64,000 bases of DNA from Betaproteobacteria bacterium. Lineage in GTDB: Bacteria > Pseudomonadota > Gammaproteobacteria > Burkholderiales > SG8-41. Shown here piece after piece: positions 31,218-41,207 of the stretch. Every line of letters begins with the position of its first letter. The stretch's first letter is position 1. The DNA is taken from NCBI GenBank assembly GCA_900299145.1, contig OMIN01000060.1, positions 20,902 through 84,901 on the forward strand, given 5' to 3'. The notes beneath the pieces were generated by a model. It ran no database searches and was not told the DNA's origin. It saw only the letters and a program-made list of their open reading frames with translations. The position numbers and the translations under genes were made by a program.

Positions 31218-32252
31218 CTACTCCGGCTTGATACCCGCCAGCTTTGCCAGCTTGCTGGCCTGCGCAACTTCGCTGCGGATAAACGCCGCAAACTGCTCCG
31301 GCGTATTGGTCTGCACTCCAAGGCCCTGCTTCAGAAAGAACGCCTTCATGTCCGCCGTATTCGCAGCCTTGCTGATTTCTTCGTTGAGCCGCGCGACGAT
31401 CGGCTTGGGTACGCCCGCCGGCGCGGAAACACCGTACCACGCCGTACGGTCAAAGCCTTTCAGGCCCGATTCATCCAGCGTGGGCAGCGACGGCACCGAC
31501 GGCATGCGTTTAGCACCGGTGACCGCAAGCCCGCGCAGCCTGCCGGCCTCGACCAGCGGCTGCGCCGCGGTGACACTCGGAAAACTCATGTCGATCTCTC
31601 CGGAAGCGACCGCCAAAATGCTGTCTGCGGAGCCTTTGAACGGCACATGCCGGATGTCCGCCTTCGCCATGGAATTGAACAATTCCGACGTCAGATGCAC
31701 CGTACCGCCCGCGCCACTGGTGCCGTACTGCAACTTGCCCGGCTGCGACTGCGCCAGCGCGACCAGCTCCTTGACGTTTTTCGCGGCCAGCGTCGGACGC
31801 ACAACCAGCATCATCGGCCCCGCCGTCACCAGCGACACCGGCGAGAGATCGCGGGTAATGTCCACCGCGAGCTTGCTGCGCAATGAGGGCAGCGCCGCGT
31901 CGTTGGACGACATCATCAACAGTGTATAGCCGTCGGCGGCCGCATTGGTCAGCCGCTCAAGGGCAATATAACCGCTGCTGCCAGGACGATTTTCAATGAC
32001 TACGGGCTGCCCGACGTTGTCGGACATTTTGCGCCCGACCGACCGCGCCGTAACGTCAGGCCCACCACCCGGCGGAAAACCCACGATGACGCGGATCGGC
32101 TTGTTGGGGAAAGCCTGCCCGGAAGCCTGTCCGGCGCCTGGCGACGGGGCCTGTGCCAGCGTATCCACCGCCCACACAAGGGGACACACGCCGGCGCACG
32201 TATTCCATAAAGCCCACCATCCGAGCCGTTTAAAGTCTGCCGTTCCCATCAT
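31218..32252 (-). CDS. Bug-family (TctC-like) substrate-binding protein
   Basis: Bug motifs (PNKPIRVIVGFPPGGGPDV, ENRPGSSGYIA, VPFKGSADS). Start placed at the first ATG (32252); the track ORF begins at an upstream TTG (32276). Confidence 0.85.
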   Translation of the reverse strand: MMGTADFKRLGWWALWNTCAGVCPLVWAVDTLAQAPSPGAGQASGQAFPNKPIRVIVGFPPGGGPDVTARSVGRKMSDNVGQPVVIENRPGSSGYIALERLTNAAADGYTLLMMSSNDAALPSLRSKLAVDITRDLSPVSLVTAGPMMLVVRPTLAAKNVKELVALAQSQPGKLQYGTSGAGGTVHLTSELFNSMAKADIRHVPFKGSADSILAVASGEIDMSFPSVTAAQPLVEAGRLRGLAVTGAKRMPSVPSLPTLDESGLKGFDRTAWYGVSAPAGVPKPIVARLNEEISKAANTADMKAFFLKQGLGVQTNTPEQFAAFIRSEVAQASKLAKLAGIKPE

Positions 32253-32347
32253 TGCCCTTTCTCTGGAAAGCTTCAATTCGCAAAATGACCGTGGCTACTA
32301 AATGCGCCCTCATTGTGGTTCTTCATTGTGGTTCTTCATTGCGGCTC

Positions 32348-33313
32348 TCACTGTGGTTCGATTCCCGCCTGCTTCACCACCTTGATCCACTTCGCCACTT
32401 CGGACTTGATATACGTCTCGTGTTCGTCGAGGCTGCTGCCGACGGGCTCCGCGCCCTGCTCCAGCAGAAATTTGCGGTTCGCCGGATCGCGCAGCGAAGT
32501 CACCAGCGCCTGATTCAGCCGCTCACCAATGGCGCGCGGAATGCCCGCCGGGCCGATAAAGCTGAAACCGCTGCTCACCACGTAGCCCGGCATGCCGGCC
32601 TCGATCATGGTGGGAATGTCTTTGGCGAAGCCCGCGCGCTTGTCGCCAGTCTGCGCGATGAGTTTGATGCGCCCCTGCTGCACGTGGCCCGACACCAGCG
32701 GCAGACTGGAAAACTGCAGTTGCACATGGCCCGCCACCAGATCGATGATAGCCGGGCCCGCGCCTTTGTAAGGTACGTGAACCACTTTCGTGCCGCCCAT
32801 CGCGTTAAAGAGTTCGAGTGACATGTGACCAACTGTAGCGCGCCCGGATGACGAAGCAAACAACTGGCCCGGCCGCGATTTCGCCAGCGCAATCAGTTCC
32901 TTGACGTTTTTCACCGGCAGCGACGGATGCAGCACCAGCCCTGACGGCACATCCACGATCAACCCCAGCGCGGTGAAATCCTTCACCGTGTCGTACGGCA
33001 TTTTGCGGATCAGCGACGGATTGATCACAAAGCTCGCGGCCACGAGCCCGACGGTGTAACCATCAGGCGCACTTTTCGCGATGATCTCGCCGCCGATGGT
33101 GCCGCCGCCACCCGCGCGGTAATCAAACACCAGTTGCTGGCCGAGAAACTCGGTCATCTTCGGTTGCAACAGGCGGAAGAACACGTCGCTGTTGCCTCCG
33201 GGCGCAGCAGGATTCACCACGCGGATGAGTTTGGCCGGGAATTGTTGCCCCAGTACCGAGCCGCTAAATGCTCCCGCCACCGCCATCCACCAAACGCCAC
33301 TACGCCACATCAT
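32348..33313 (-). CDS. Bug-family (TctC-like) substrate-binding protein
   Basis: 321 aa with a signal peptide and the motifs FPAKLIRVVNPAAPGGNSDV, DYRAGGGGTIGGE and VPYKGAGPA. Confidence 0.9.
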   Translation of the reverse strand: MMWRSGVWWMAVAGAFSGSVLGQQFPAKLIRVVNPAAPGGNSDVFFRLLQPKMTEFLGQQLVFDYRAGGGGTIGGEIIAKSAPDGYTVGLVAASFVINPSLIRKMPYDTVKDFTALGLIVDVPSGLVLHPSLPVKNVKELIALAKSRPGQLFASSSGRATVGHMSLELFNAMGGTKVVHVPYKGAGPAIIDLVAGHVQLQFSSLPLVSGHVQQGRIKLIAQTGDKRAGFAKDIPTMIEAGMPGYVVSSGFSFIGPAGIPRAIGERLNQALVTSLRDPANRKFLLEQGAEPVGSSLDEHETYIKSEVAKWIKVVKQAGIEPQ

Positions 33314-33322
33314 CGTTACCTT

Positions 33323-33358
33323 GAAAAATTTATCAATAAAAACAAATATTTACAATCG
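33323..33358 (-). repeat. AT-rich intergenic repeat
   Basis: The reverse complement reads CGATTGTAAATATTTGTTTTTATTGATAAATTTTTC, about 10 nt upstream of the Bug gene ATG at 33313. Confidence 0.75.
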
Positions 33359-34234
33359 ATTCGCCGCACGAGTTGGTTTGCGATGCCAATCCAGAATCTG
33401 CTCGCCTGTCCAGAACAGCACACCGGGCTTCTTGCGCAACGCTTTGAGTACCTGCTCGTAATACTTGATGCGATGCGCAACACCGGTGATGTACGGATGC
33501 ACGCCAAGGGCCATGATTTTCGGGCGCGTTTTGCCCTCCTCATACAGCCGATCAAAGTGATCAAGCGCGCGCGTCACCCAGTAGCTGCTTTCGTGATGCT
33601 GCACCATCATCATCGGGATATCGTTGCACTCCACGTTATACGGCATCGCCACCACCTTGCCGTGTTTGGTGCGGATGTCCACCGGCTCGTCATCGATGAT
33701 CCAGTCGGCGATGTATTGAATGCCGGCCTCAGCCAGATAGTCTGGCGTATCGTTCGTCTCGGTCAATCCCGGCGACAACCACCCCACCGGCGCCTTGCCG
33801 GTGAATGCCTTAATCTCGCGCACGCTGCGCCGGATCATCGCGCGCTGGTCTCTTTCGACGTGGATCGGCTGCTGGTCGTACGAGTGGCCGACAAACTCCC
33901 AGCCCGCTTTCAACGCCGCCTCCGCCACCGGCGCGTAGTCCTTGCACACACGCGCGTTGGTAAACAGCGATGCCTTGATATCCAGATTGTCGAGTGCCTG
34001 TTTCAGCCGCCAGAAGCCGACGCGCATGCCGTACTCGTGCCACGCCCAGTGCGCGAAATCCGGCAGACGATTCACATGCGTCGGCGGCGGCAGTACCTGC
34101 CGCGGCATCGGGCGGGCGATATCCCAAACCTCGACATTGATAATGGGCCACACCACCACGCGCGCGCCGCCGGGCAGCTTGCGCGGCGGGCGGCTGATCA
34201 TTGGGCTGTACTCAAGACGTTCGGCAGGCAGCAT
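33350..34234 (-). CDS. Polysaccharide deacetylase family protein (PuuE-like divergent class)
   Basis: Start at the ATG at 34234, preceded by GGAG. Motifs VVVWPIINVEVWD, HEYGMRVGFWR, GWEFVGHSYDQ and GVHPYITG. Confidence 0.75.
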   Translation of the reverse strand: MLPAERLEYSPMISRPPRKLPGGARVVVWPIINVEVWDIARPMPRQVLPPPTHVNRLPDFAHWAWHEYGMRVGFWRLKQALDNLDIKASLFTNARVCKDYAPVAEAALKAGWEFVGHSYDQQPIHVERDQRAMIRRSVREIKAFTGKAPVGWLSPGLTETNDTPDYLAEAGIQYIADWIIDDEPVDIRTKHGKVVAMPYNVECNDIPMMMVQHHESSYWVTRALDHFDRLYEEGKTRPKIMALGVHPYITGVAHRIKYYEQVLKALRKKPGVLFWTGEQILDWHRKPTRAANRL

Positions 34235-34347
34235 GACTAACTCCGCGATTGAAATCAGCGCTGGATTATACGGACAAACGGATGCCAGATTGGATGGCGA
34301 TGGTTCATGCATTTGCGGGCCGACGGCGCTTTTAATACCATGCAGGC

Positions 34348-35361
34348 ATGAAACCCATCAAATATTCGCCATCTTCACCCGGTTCGCAGTGTTCACCGTA
34401 CGCGCTGATTTTCCTCACGCTGCTCACGGCCTCGGCTGCCTTCGCCCAACCCCAACCCCAACACTACCCCGCGCGCCCGATCCGGCTCGTCGTGCCCTTC
34501 GCCCCCGGTGGCAATATCGACAGCACCGCGCGTGCCATTGCACCCGGCCTCACGGAACTGCTGGGTCAGCAAATCGTGATCGACAATCGTGGCGGCGCGG
34601 GTGGCCTGATCGGCACTGAAATCGTCGCCAAGGCCGCGCCCGATGGCTACACACTGGTCGTCGGCTCCAGCGGCGTGCTCACCGTGGCGCCGTCGCTCTA
34701 CAGCAAGATGCCGTATGACCCTCTGAAGGATTTCACCTCGCTGGGCCTGTTGTCGTACGTGCCCATCGTGCTGGTGGTCACCCCCAACCTGCCGGCGAAA
34801 TCACTGAAAGACTTTATCGCGCTCGCCAAACAGCGCGCCGGCAAAATGATCATGGCCTCCGCCGGCAACGGCACCACCAACCAGCTTGCGGGCGAACTCT
34901 TCCAAATGGAAGCCGGCGTCAAGTTCGTCCACGTGCCCTACAAAGGCAGCGGCCCGGCGTTGGTGGATGTCATCGGAGGTCAGGTCGATATGCTCTTTGA
35001 CCAACTTTCGGCGTCCGCCAATTACATCAAAGGCGGGAGGCTGCGCGGCCTGGCACTCGCCGCCGACAAGCGCAATGCCGCCGTGCCCGACGTGCCCACC
35101 ATGGCCGAATCCGGCGTGCGTAACTGCGAAGCGGGCACCTTCACCGCGCTCACCGGCCCTGCGGGGCTGCCACCCACAATTGTGACCAGACTCAATGCCG
35201 CACTGAATAAAACGCTCGCCATGAGCAGCACGCGGGACCGCTTCGCTGCCGTCGGCGCTGATGTACTGGGTGGCAGCACGGCAGAAAACGATGCGCTGGT
35301 GAAAACCGAACTCGCCAAGTGGATGAAAGTGGCGAAGGCAGCCAATATCAAACTGGATTAA
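34348..35361 (+). CDS. Bug-family (TctC-like) substrate-binding protein
   Basis: 337 aa with a signal peptide and the motifs YPARPIRLVVPFAPGGNIDSTAR, DNRGGAGGLIG and VPYKGSGPA. Confidence 0.9.
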   Translation: MKPIKYSPSSPGSQCSPYALIFLTLLTASAAFAQPQPQHYPARPIRLVVPFAPGGNIDSTARAIAPGLTELLGQQIVIDNRGGAGGLIGTEIVAKAAPDGYTLVVGSSGVLTVAPSLYSKMPYDPLKDFTSLGLLSYVPIVLVVTPNLPAKSLKDFIALAKQRAGKMIMASAGNGTTNQLAGELFQMEAGVKFVHVPYKGSGPALVDVIGGQVDMLFDQLSASANYIKGGRLRGLALAADKRNAAVPDVPTMAESGVRNCEAGTFTALTGPAGLPPTIVTRLNAALNKTLAMSSTRDRFAAVGADVLGGSTAENDALVKTELAKWMKVAKAANIKLD

Positions 35362-35367
35362 GCGATC

Positions 35368-36333
35368 ATGAAATCAATGGCCTTCGTCGTGTTGGGAACC
35401 GCGGCATGTGCAGCAGCAGCCCAACCCAACCCCGCCTTCCCCACCCGCCCCATACGCCTCATCGTGCCCTTCGTGCCCGGCGGCAATATCGACATCAACG
35501 CGCGCGCCATCGCGCCGGGCTTGACTGAGCTCCTGGGGCAAAATGTGGTGGTGGATAACCGCGGCGGCGCGGGTGGGCTGATCGGCACGGAGCTTGTCGC
35601 CAAATCGGCGCCGGATGGGCACACGCTCGCTGTCGGGTCCAGCGGGACATTGACTGTCGCGCCCGCTGCCTACAGCAAAATGCCGTACGATGTGCTGCGT
35701 GATCTATCGCTGGTGTTGCCGCTGTCGTACGCGCCTATCGTGCTGGTGGTAAACCCCAGCCTGCCGGCGAAGACTGTGAAGGATTTCATCGCACTGGCAA
35801 AGTCACGTCCTGGCAAAATGACCATGGGCTCCGGCGGCAGTGGCACGTCCAATCATTTCGCCGGTGAGTTGTTTCAACTGGAAAACGGTTTGAAATTCGT
35901 GCACGTGCCGTACAAGGGTGCATTCCCCGCGCTGATCGATATCATGGCCGGACAGATCGACATGCAGTTTGACCAACTCAGTGCCTCCAGCGGTTTTATC
36001 CGCAGCGGCAAGTTGCGCGGGCTGGTGGTCGCGGGCGCCAAGCGCCATGCCGTCGTACCCGATGTCCCGACGTTTGCCGAGAGCGGTCTGAAAAATTGCG
36101 AAGCGGGTACGCTGGCCGCGATGGTAGGGCCTGCCAACCTGCCGCCGGCCGTGCTGGCCAAACTCAACGAGGCTGGCAACAAGACGCTGGCCATGCCCGC
36201 CACGCGCGAGCGCTTTGCCTCGGTCGGCGCGGATATTCTCGGGGGTACGCCCGCGCAGTTGCAGGCCATGGTGCGGCAGGAAATCGAGGTGTGGAAGCGC
36301 GTGGCGAAGGCCGCGAGCATCAAGCTCGATTAG
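35368..36333 (+). CDS. Bug-family (TctC-like) substrate-binding protein (close paralog of the upstream gene)
   Basis: 321 aa with FPTRPIRLIVPFVPGGNIDINAR, DNRGGAGGLIG and VPYKGAFPA. Highly similar to 34348..35361 along its whole length. Confidence 0.9.
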   Translation: MKSMAFVVLGTAACAAAAQPNPAFPTRPIRLIVPFVPGGNIDINARAIAPGLTELLGQNVVVDNRGGAGGLIGTELVAKSAPDGHTLAVGSSGTLTVAPAAYSKMPYDVLRDLSLVLPLSYAPIVLVVNPSLPAKTVKDFIALAKSRPGKMTMGSGGSGTSNHFAGELFQLENGLKFVHVPYKGAFPALIDIMAGQIDMQFDQLSASSGFIRSGKLRGLVVAGAKRHAVVPDVPTFAESGLKNCEAGTLAAMVGPANLPPAVLAKLNEAGNKTLAMPATRERFASVGADILGGTPAQLQAMVRQEIEVWKRVAKAASIKLD

Positions 36334-36343
36334 TCGAGACACC

Positions 36344-37960
36344 ATGAAAGAGCAACGCGAATTCGATCTCGTCGTGCTGGGCTCCGGCGGCGCCGGCTGC
36401 TCGGCGGCACTGGCAGGCACGGCACTCGGCTTGTCCACCTGTCTCATTGAAAAAGCGCTGCTCCTCGGCGGCGGCACAGCCGATTCGCTGGGCACGATCT
36501 GGATACCGAATAACCGTCTGGCGAAAGAAGCGGGGCTCGCTGATGACCATGACACCGCGCTGCGTTATGCGCGCTTTGTCGCGGGCGGGCAGGAAGTGCC
36601 GGAAAATCTGGAAGCCTATGTGCGTGAAGCGCCGCGCGTGCTCGATGCCTTACTCGCGCTCGGCGTCAAACTTCGTCTGGCTCTGGGCCTGCCCGATTAC
36701 TTCGCGCCCGCCGGGCCGGGCAGTTGCGCGGATGGCCGGCGCATGGTCGAACCTGAATTGATTGCGCGTTCAGCGCTCGGCACATTCGCGCACGGCATAC
36801 GGCCCAGCATCCACAATGTCAGTGGCGTGGCCTGGAGCGACGGTGTGGCGTGGGGCGGCTTTGCCAACCGCCGCAACTGGCCGCACGACGAAGTGAAACG
36901 CCGCCAGCAAGCGGGGCTGCTTGCTTGCGGCGAAGCGCTGATTGGCCACATGGTCGCGCAAATGCTGGCGCGCGGCGCGGAAATTCTGTTGGGTCGTGGC
37001 ACAGACCGTTTACTGTTGATCGGTGGAAAAGTCAGCGGCGTGGTTTTGAACGACGGCACGACCATCAAAGCCCGTCGCGGCGTTATCCTCGCCACCGGCG
37101 GCTACGAGGGCAACCCGGAGCTGGTGCGCCGCTTCGAGGGCTTTCCGCAGTGGATGAACCCGTTCGCGCCCACCAACACGGGGGACGCCATGACGCTATC
37201 TGCACCAGTGGGTGCGGGTGCCTCCCGCATCGCCGTCAACAATTCACTATTCGTCGGCGCGGCAGCGCCCGGCCAGCCCGATGCCTTTTTTTCCGTGGGC
37301 CTGCGCGGCCTGCCCATGCCCGGCGCCATTGCCGTGAACGCGCGCGGCCAGCGCTTTTGCGACGAAACCCAGTTTCAGGACGTGGTAATGGCGCTGCAAC
37401 ACTACGACCGCGCGGCGCGGCAATTCGCCAACCTGCCCGCGTTCATGCTGTTTGACGACCGCTTTCGCCAACGTTACCCCGTCGCCAACGCCGCGCCTGG
37501 CGAACCTGCACATCCCTCGATTGCCTGTGCCAGCAGTCTGCCGGCACTCGCACAACAGCTCGGCATCGACGCGGCGGGCCTTACCGCCACCGTGCAGCGC
37601 TTTAATGCCGATGTAGCCGAAGGCCGCGACAGCGAATTCGGGCGGGGCAAATCGGCGTTTTCACGCAACAACGCCGGTGATGCGCAACTTAACCGCAATC
37701 CGCAATTAGCACCCCTTGACCAACCGCCGTATTACGCGCTGCCGCTCAAAATGGGTGGCGTATGCAGCGCCGGGCTGATGACCGATGCCCATGCACGCGT
37801 GCTCGACACCCACGGCCAGCCGATCACCGGCCTCTACGCCTGCGGCAACACCGCCGCGCCCACGTTTCTCGGCGTGGGCTATCAGGGCGGCGCATCCATC
37901 GGCGCGGGCATGGTGTTCGGCTATCTTGCAGCGGAGCATGCCGCGGCTCGCGAAGTGTAG
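36344..37960 (+). CDS. FAD-binding oxidoreductase (FAD_binding_2; fumarate reductase / 3-ketosteroid dehydrogenase-like flavoprotein)
   Basis: Start at the ATG at 36344 gives MKEQREFDLVVLGSGGAGCSAALAG, a dinucleotide-binding GxGxxG. The C-terminal GLYACGN motif is typical of the family. Confidence 0.8.
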   Translation: MKEQREFDLVVLGSGGAGCSAALAGTALGLSTCLIEKALLLGGGTADSLGTIWIPNNRLAKEAGLADDHDTALRYARFVAGGQEVPENLEAYVREAPRVLDALLALGVKLRLALGLPDYFAPAGPGSCADGRRMVEPELIARSALGTFAHGIRPSIHNVSGVAWSDGVAWGGFANRRNWPHDEVKRRQQAGLLACGEALIGHMVAQMLARGAEILLGRGTDRLLLIGGKVSGVVLNDGTTIKARRGVILATGGYEGNPELVRRFEGFPQWMNPFAPTNTGDAMTLSAPVGAGASRIAVNNSLFVGAAAPGQPDAFFSVGLRGLPMPGAIAVNARGQRFCDETQFQDVVMALQHYDRAARQFANLPAFMLFDDRFRQRYPVANAAPGEPAHPSIACASSLPALAQQLGIDAAGLTATVQRFNADVAEGRDSEFGRGKSAFSRNNAGDAQLNRNPQLAPLDQPPYYALPLKMGGVCSAGLMTDAHARVLDTHGQPITGLYACGNTAAPTFLGVGYQGGASIGAGMVFGYLAAEHAAAREV

Positions 37961-38057
37961 TGCCATCAGAATTGACGTCAGACTAAGGCTACACGATACT
38001 GGACGCATCGCCTGCATTCCTCCGCTGTCCTCCATTATCCTCTCCCGAAAGCCTGCC

Positions 38058-38774
38058 ATGACCGAACAGGAACTCTTCGACGAACTGAAAAAGATCGACA
38101 CACCCACCATCACCAACGTGGTGGCGACGTATCCGGGCCGCCCGCATTGTCTGGAGATCTACAATCCTTGGAGCGAGAACTGGTATACCGATAACCGGCT
38201 GTCGTGCTGGTATCCGGGGCTGGGGCCGATTGCAGGTTACGCAGTGACGTGCACCTACGGTCTGCCCGATCACACATACAAGGGCCACAGCTGGATGACA
38301 GTGCTGGAGGCGATGGACAAGCTCGGCAAGCCGTCGATACTGTGCCTGCAACAAAAATTCCCCGCCGAGATCGCCGACAAGGTGGGATTGTCCGGCGGCA
38401 ACATGACCTCCTCGATGCGTGCGTGCGGTGCGATTGGCTGCGTGACCAACGGCCCATCGCGTGACGTGCATGAAATCCGCCCGATGAATTTTCAGTATCT
38501 GACGCGCGGCGTGTGCGCGGGCCACGGCCCGCAGGCCGTGCACGCGGTACAGGTGCCGGTGAGCATTGCCGGCATGGATGTCGCGCCCGGCGAAATCATT
38601 CACATGGACGAAAACGGCGCGGTGAAATTCCCCGCCGACCGGCTGGAAGACGTGGTGAATAGCGCCAAAGCCCTGCTCGCAGAAGAAGACGAACGCGTCG
38701 GCCAGTTGCTCAAGGTAAAAGGCATTGCGGCAGTGAAAGCAATCATGGCCGGGCATCAATATGTGAAGAAATAA
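38058..38774 (+). CDS. RraA-family protein (RraA / 4-hydroxy-4-methyl-2-oxoglutarate aldolase-like)
   Basis: Start at the ATG at 38058. Motifs TPTITNVV, GGNMTSSMRACGAIGCVTNGPSRDVHEI and GEIIHMDENG are typical of the RraA-like fold. Confidence 0.75.
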   Translation: MTEQELFDELKKIDTPTITNVVATYPGRPHCLEIYNPWSENWYTDNRLSCWYPGLGPIAGYAVTCTYGLPDHTYKGHSWMTVLEAMDKLGKPSILCLQQKFPAEIADKVGLSGGNMTSSMRACGAIGCVTNGPSRDVHEIRPMNFQYLTRGVCAGHGPQAVHAVQVPVSIAGMDVAPGEIIHMDENGAVKFPADRLEDVVNSAKALLAEEDERVGQLLKVKGIAAVKAIMAGHQYVKK

Positions 38775-38800
38775 GCTGCCACACCTTCTCTCGAACATGA

Positions 38801-38832
38801 TTTAACTATCTGTTTTTATTGATTTTTTACGA
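38801..38832 (+). repeat. AT-rich intergenic repeat
   Basis: TTTAACTATCTGTTTTTATTGATTTTTTACGA, 12 nt upstream of the capA-like GTG. Confidence 0.8.
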
Positions 38833-38844
38833 AAACCGAATTCC

Positions 38845-39891
38845 GTGACTGCTACCGTGCCCACCGTATCGTTTATCGGCGCCGCCGATTTGATGATCAA
38901 CGAGACCGATCCCGATTTCCTGTTGCAGCATGTGGGTGATGCAATGCGTGCCGCCGACATGACATACGTCAATCTTGAAGGGCCGATGTGCGATACCGGT
39001 GAAAAAAATGCTGCGTTAACGGGCATTGCCAACGCCATCCGCTCGGCGCCCAGACTTGCCGCAGCACTAAAGCGCGCTGGCGTGGATGTGGTGAGCATCG
39101 CCAATAATCACACCATGGATTACGGCGTGGCAGGCCTCGAACAGACGCTCGACCTGCTGCGCGACACCGGCATCCCCTATTGCGGCGCGGGTCGCAACCT
39201 CGCGCAGGCACGGCAGCCGGTGGTGCTGCAACACAACGGCTTGCGCGTGGCGTTTCTGGGCTACACCTCCATGTGCCCGCTGTCGTATGCAGCAACGTCC
39301 ACCACGCACGGCGCGGCAGTGGTGCGCGCGAGCACCTCCTACGACGCCAATCTGCGCGTGATGCTGCAACCGGGCAGCCCGATGAACATCCGCACCGCCG
39401 CCAACGCTGCCGATTTACAAATGGTGCGCGAAGACGTTGCGACGGCGAAAGCCAGCGCCGACGTGGTGATGGTGTCGTGGCATTGGGGCGTGTCGGAACG
39501 TTACGGCAAGATCGCCGAGTATCAGCGCGAAATGGGCCACGCAGCCATCGACGCCGGCGCAGACGTCATCCTCGGCCATCACGCACACATGCTGCTCGGC
39601 GTGGAGTATTACAAAGGGCGGCCGATTTTTTACAGCCTCGGCAATTTCGCCTTTGACATGACGCATCGCTACTTCCGTCCGGAAACCGCGTTTTTGAAAT
39701 GCGATATCAGCAAGGATGGCCTGTCGAACATTCGCCTTGCACCGCTGCTCATCAACAGCGCACGGCAGCCCGTGCCCACCGACGAACGCGGCACGCAACG
39801 AATCGCGTGGATGCTGGAAGAACTCTCCGAAGGCATGAACACGAAGATTGCCTGCAGCGGGCGGGAGATTGAACTGGCGACAATTGCGTAG
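38845..39891 (+). CDS. CapA-family (PGA_cap, metallophosphatase-like) protein
   Basis: 348 aa with VNLEGP, VDVVSIANNHTMDYG, VAFLGYTS, VSWHWG, GHHAHML and YSLGNF motifs. GTG start. Confidence 0.8.
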   Translation: MTATVPTVSFIGAADLMINETDPDFLLQHVGDAMRAADMTYVNLEGPMCDTGEKNAALTGIANAIRSAPRLAAALKRAGVDVVSIANNHTMDYGVAGLEQTLDLLRDTGIPYCGAGRNLAQARQPVVLQHNGLRVAFLGYTSMCPLSYAATSTTHGAAVVRASTSYDANLRVMLQPGSPMNIRTAANAADLQMVREDVATAKASADVVMVSWHWGVSERYGKIAEYQREMGHAAIDAGADVILGHHAHMLLGVEYYKGRPIFYSLGNFAFDMTHRYFRPETAFLKCDISKDGLSNIRLAPLLINSARQPVPTDERGTQRIAWMLEELSEGMNTKIACSGREIELATIA

Positions 39892-39995
39892 CAGCGGTTG
39901 GGGATCGCTCTTCACGTGAAAAGTCCGCTGCTGCCCATGTTTAGAAGCACAGTTACCTGCGCGTAAAATCCGCAATGCACCACCGACAATGTGCA

Positions 39996-40034
39996 GATTT
40001 TATTCAATAAAATCAAAAATTTACAAAATAATTA
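39996..40034 (-). repeat. AT-rich intergenic repeat, degenerate copy
   Basis: The reverse complement reads TAATTATTTTGTAAATTTTTGATTTTATTGAATAAAATC. Lies between the convergent capA-like and qor genes. Confidence 0.45.
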
Positions 40035-40041
40035 GGTCCCA

Positions 40042-41019
40042 TCAAGCCACCGTCAACACCACCTTGCCCGCCACCTTGCGCGCGGCGATGGCATTCAATG
40101 CATCGGCTGCTTTTTCCAGCGGATAGGTGCCCCACACATGGGGCTTCAATTTGCCCGCAGCGTAGAGCTTCCAGATTTCCGCTGACATGGCGCGGCGTTT
40201 TTCAGGGTTGCGCTTGGACATGGCGCCCACCCACACACCGACGATGCTGCAGCCCTTGATCAGCGGAAGGTTAAGTGAAATTTTCGGGATCGGCCCGGCG
40301 GCAAAACCGATCACCAGAAAGCGCCCGCCCCACGCCATGTCGCGCAACGCAAGTTCGGAGTAATCGCCGCCCACCGGGTCGTAAACGACGTCGAGGCCTT
40401 TGCCTTTGGTAATTTCCTTAACGCGCGCGCGCATGTCCTCGGTCGCATAGTTGATGGTTGCATCGGCGCCGTGTTCGCGGCACACCGCGAGTTTTTCCTC
40501 GCTCGACGCGCAAGCGATTACTTTGGCGCCCAGCGCCTTGCCAATTTCCACCGCCGCCAGTCCCACGCCGCCCGACGCGCCGAGCACCAGCAGCGTCTCT
40601 CCCGATTTCAGTTCGCCGCGATCGATCAGCGCGTAATAAGCCGTGCCGTAGGTGGACGTAAGGCCCGCCGCACCAGCGAAATCGATGGAATCCGGTATGG
40701 CCGACAGATTTTCCGGCGCGACGCTCACCTCTTCGGCATAACCGCCGCTGGGTGATTGCGCGCTTACACGGTCGCCCACTTTCCAGCCTTCCACACCTGC
40801 GCCGACGGCTTTCACCACGCCCGACACTTCGCCGCCGGGGATAAACGGCAACTCCGGCTTGGTTTGATATTTGTTCTGAATGATCAGGTTGTCGGAAAAC
40901 TTCACGTTTGCCGCCTTCACACTCAGCACCACCTGGCCGGGTGCGGCCTCCAGCGCGGGACGATCTTCCATCACCAGCGATTCCGCCGGCCCCCACGCCT
41001 TGCATACGACTGCTTTCAT
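40042..41019 (-). CDS. NADPH:quinone oxidoreductase (zinc-independent MDR family)
   Basis: Start at the ATG at 41019, preceded by GGGAGAG. MKAVVCKAWG, PFIPGGEVSGVV and LVLGASGGVGLAAVEIGKALGAKV (Rossmann motif). Confidence 0.85.
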   Translation of the reverse strand: MKAVVCKAWGPAESLVMEDRPALEAAPGQVVLSVKAANVKFSDNLIIQNKYQTKPELPFIPGGEVSGVVKAVGAGVEGWKVGDRVSAQSPSGGYAEEVSVAPENLSAIPDSIDFAGAAGLTSTYGTAYYALIDRGELKSGETLLVLGASGGVGLAAVEIGKALGAKVIACASSEEKLAVCREHGADATINYATEDMRARVKEITKGKGLDVVYDPVGGDYSELALRDMAWGGRFLVIGFAAGPIPKISLNLPLIKGCSIVGVWVGAMSKRNPEKRRAMSAEIWKLYAAGKLKPHVWGTYPLEKAADALNAIAARKVAGKVVLTVA

Positions 41020-41207
41020 AGCCTTGCTCTCCCTGTTTGTTCGGCTCGCACCATTTGAACTTGCCCGTTGATCGTTAGCGGCAATGCGCTCGCGGCGAGT
41101 TTCGCTCCATACCGCGGGCGCAGTCAATCGCGCGATGGCTATAATTGCGGGGATATTTGCAATGCCCCATTCGGCAAGACCATTCTTTTCCTGTCAGCGG
41201 AGTTCCC

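Noticed and set aside
33134-34240. 368-aa plus-strand ORF opposite the polysaccharide deacetylase gene. Similar long antisense ORFs lie at 27398..28528, 37989..38798, 35803..36555, 31201..31929 and 1502..2305.
   Set aside because: All lie antisense to ORFs with family-specific motifs. They are Arg/His/Pro-rich and lack start-site signals.
39890-39940. GCAGCGG ... CCGCTGC inverted repeat after the capA-like gene as a terminator
   Set aside because: A 7-bp stem with a loop of about 37 nt and no U-tract is too weak to call.
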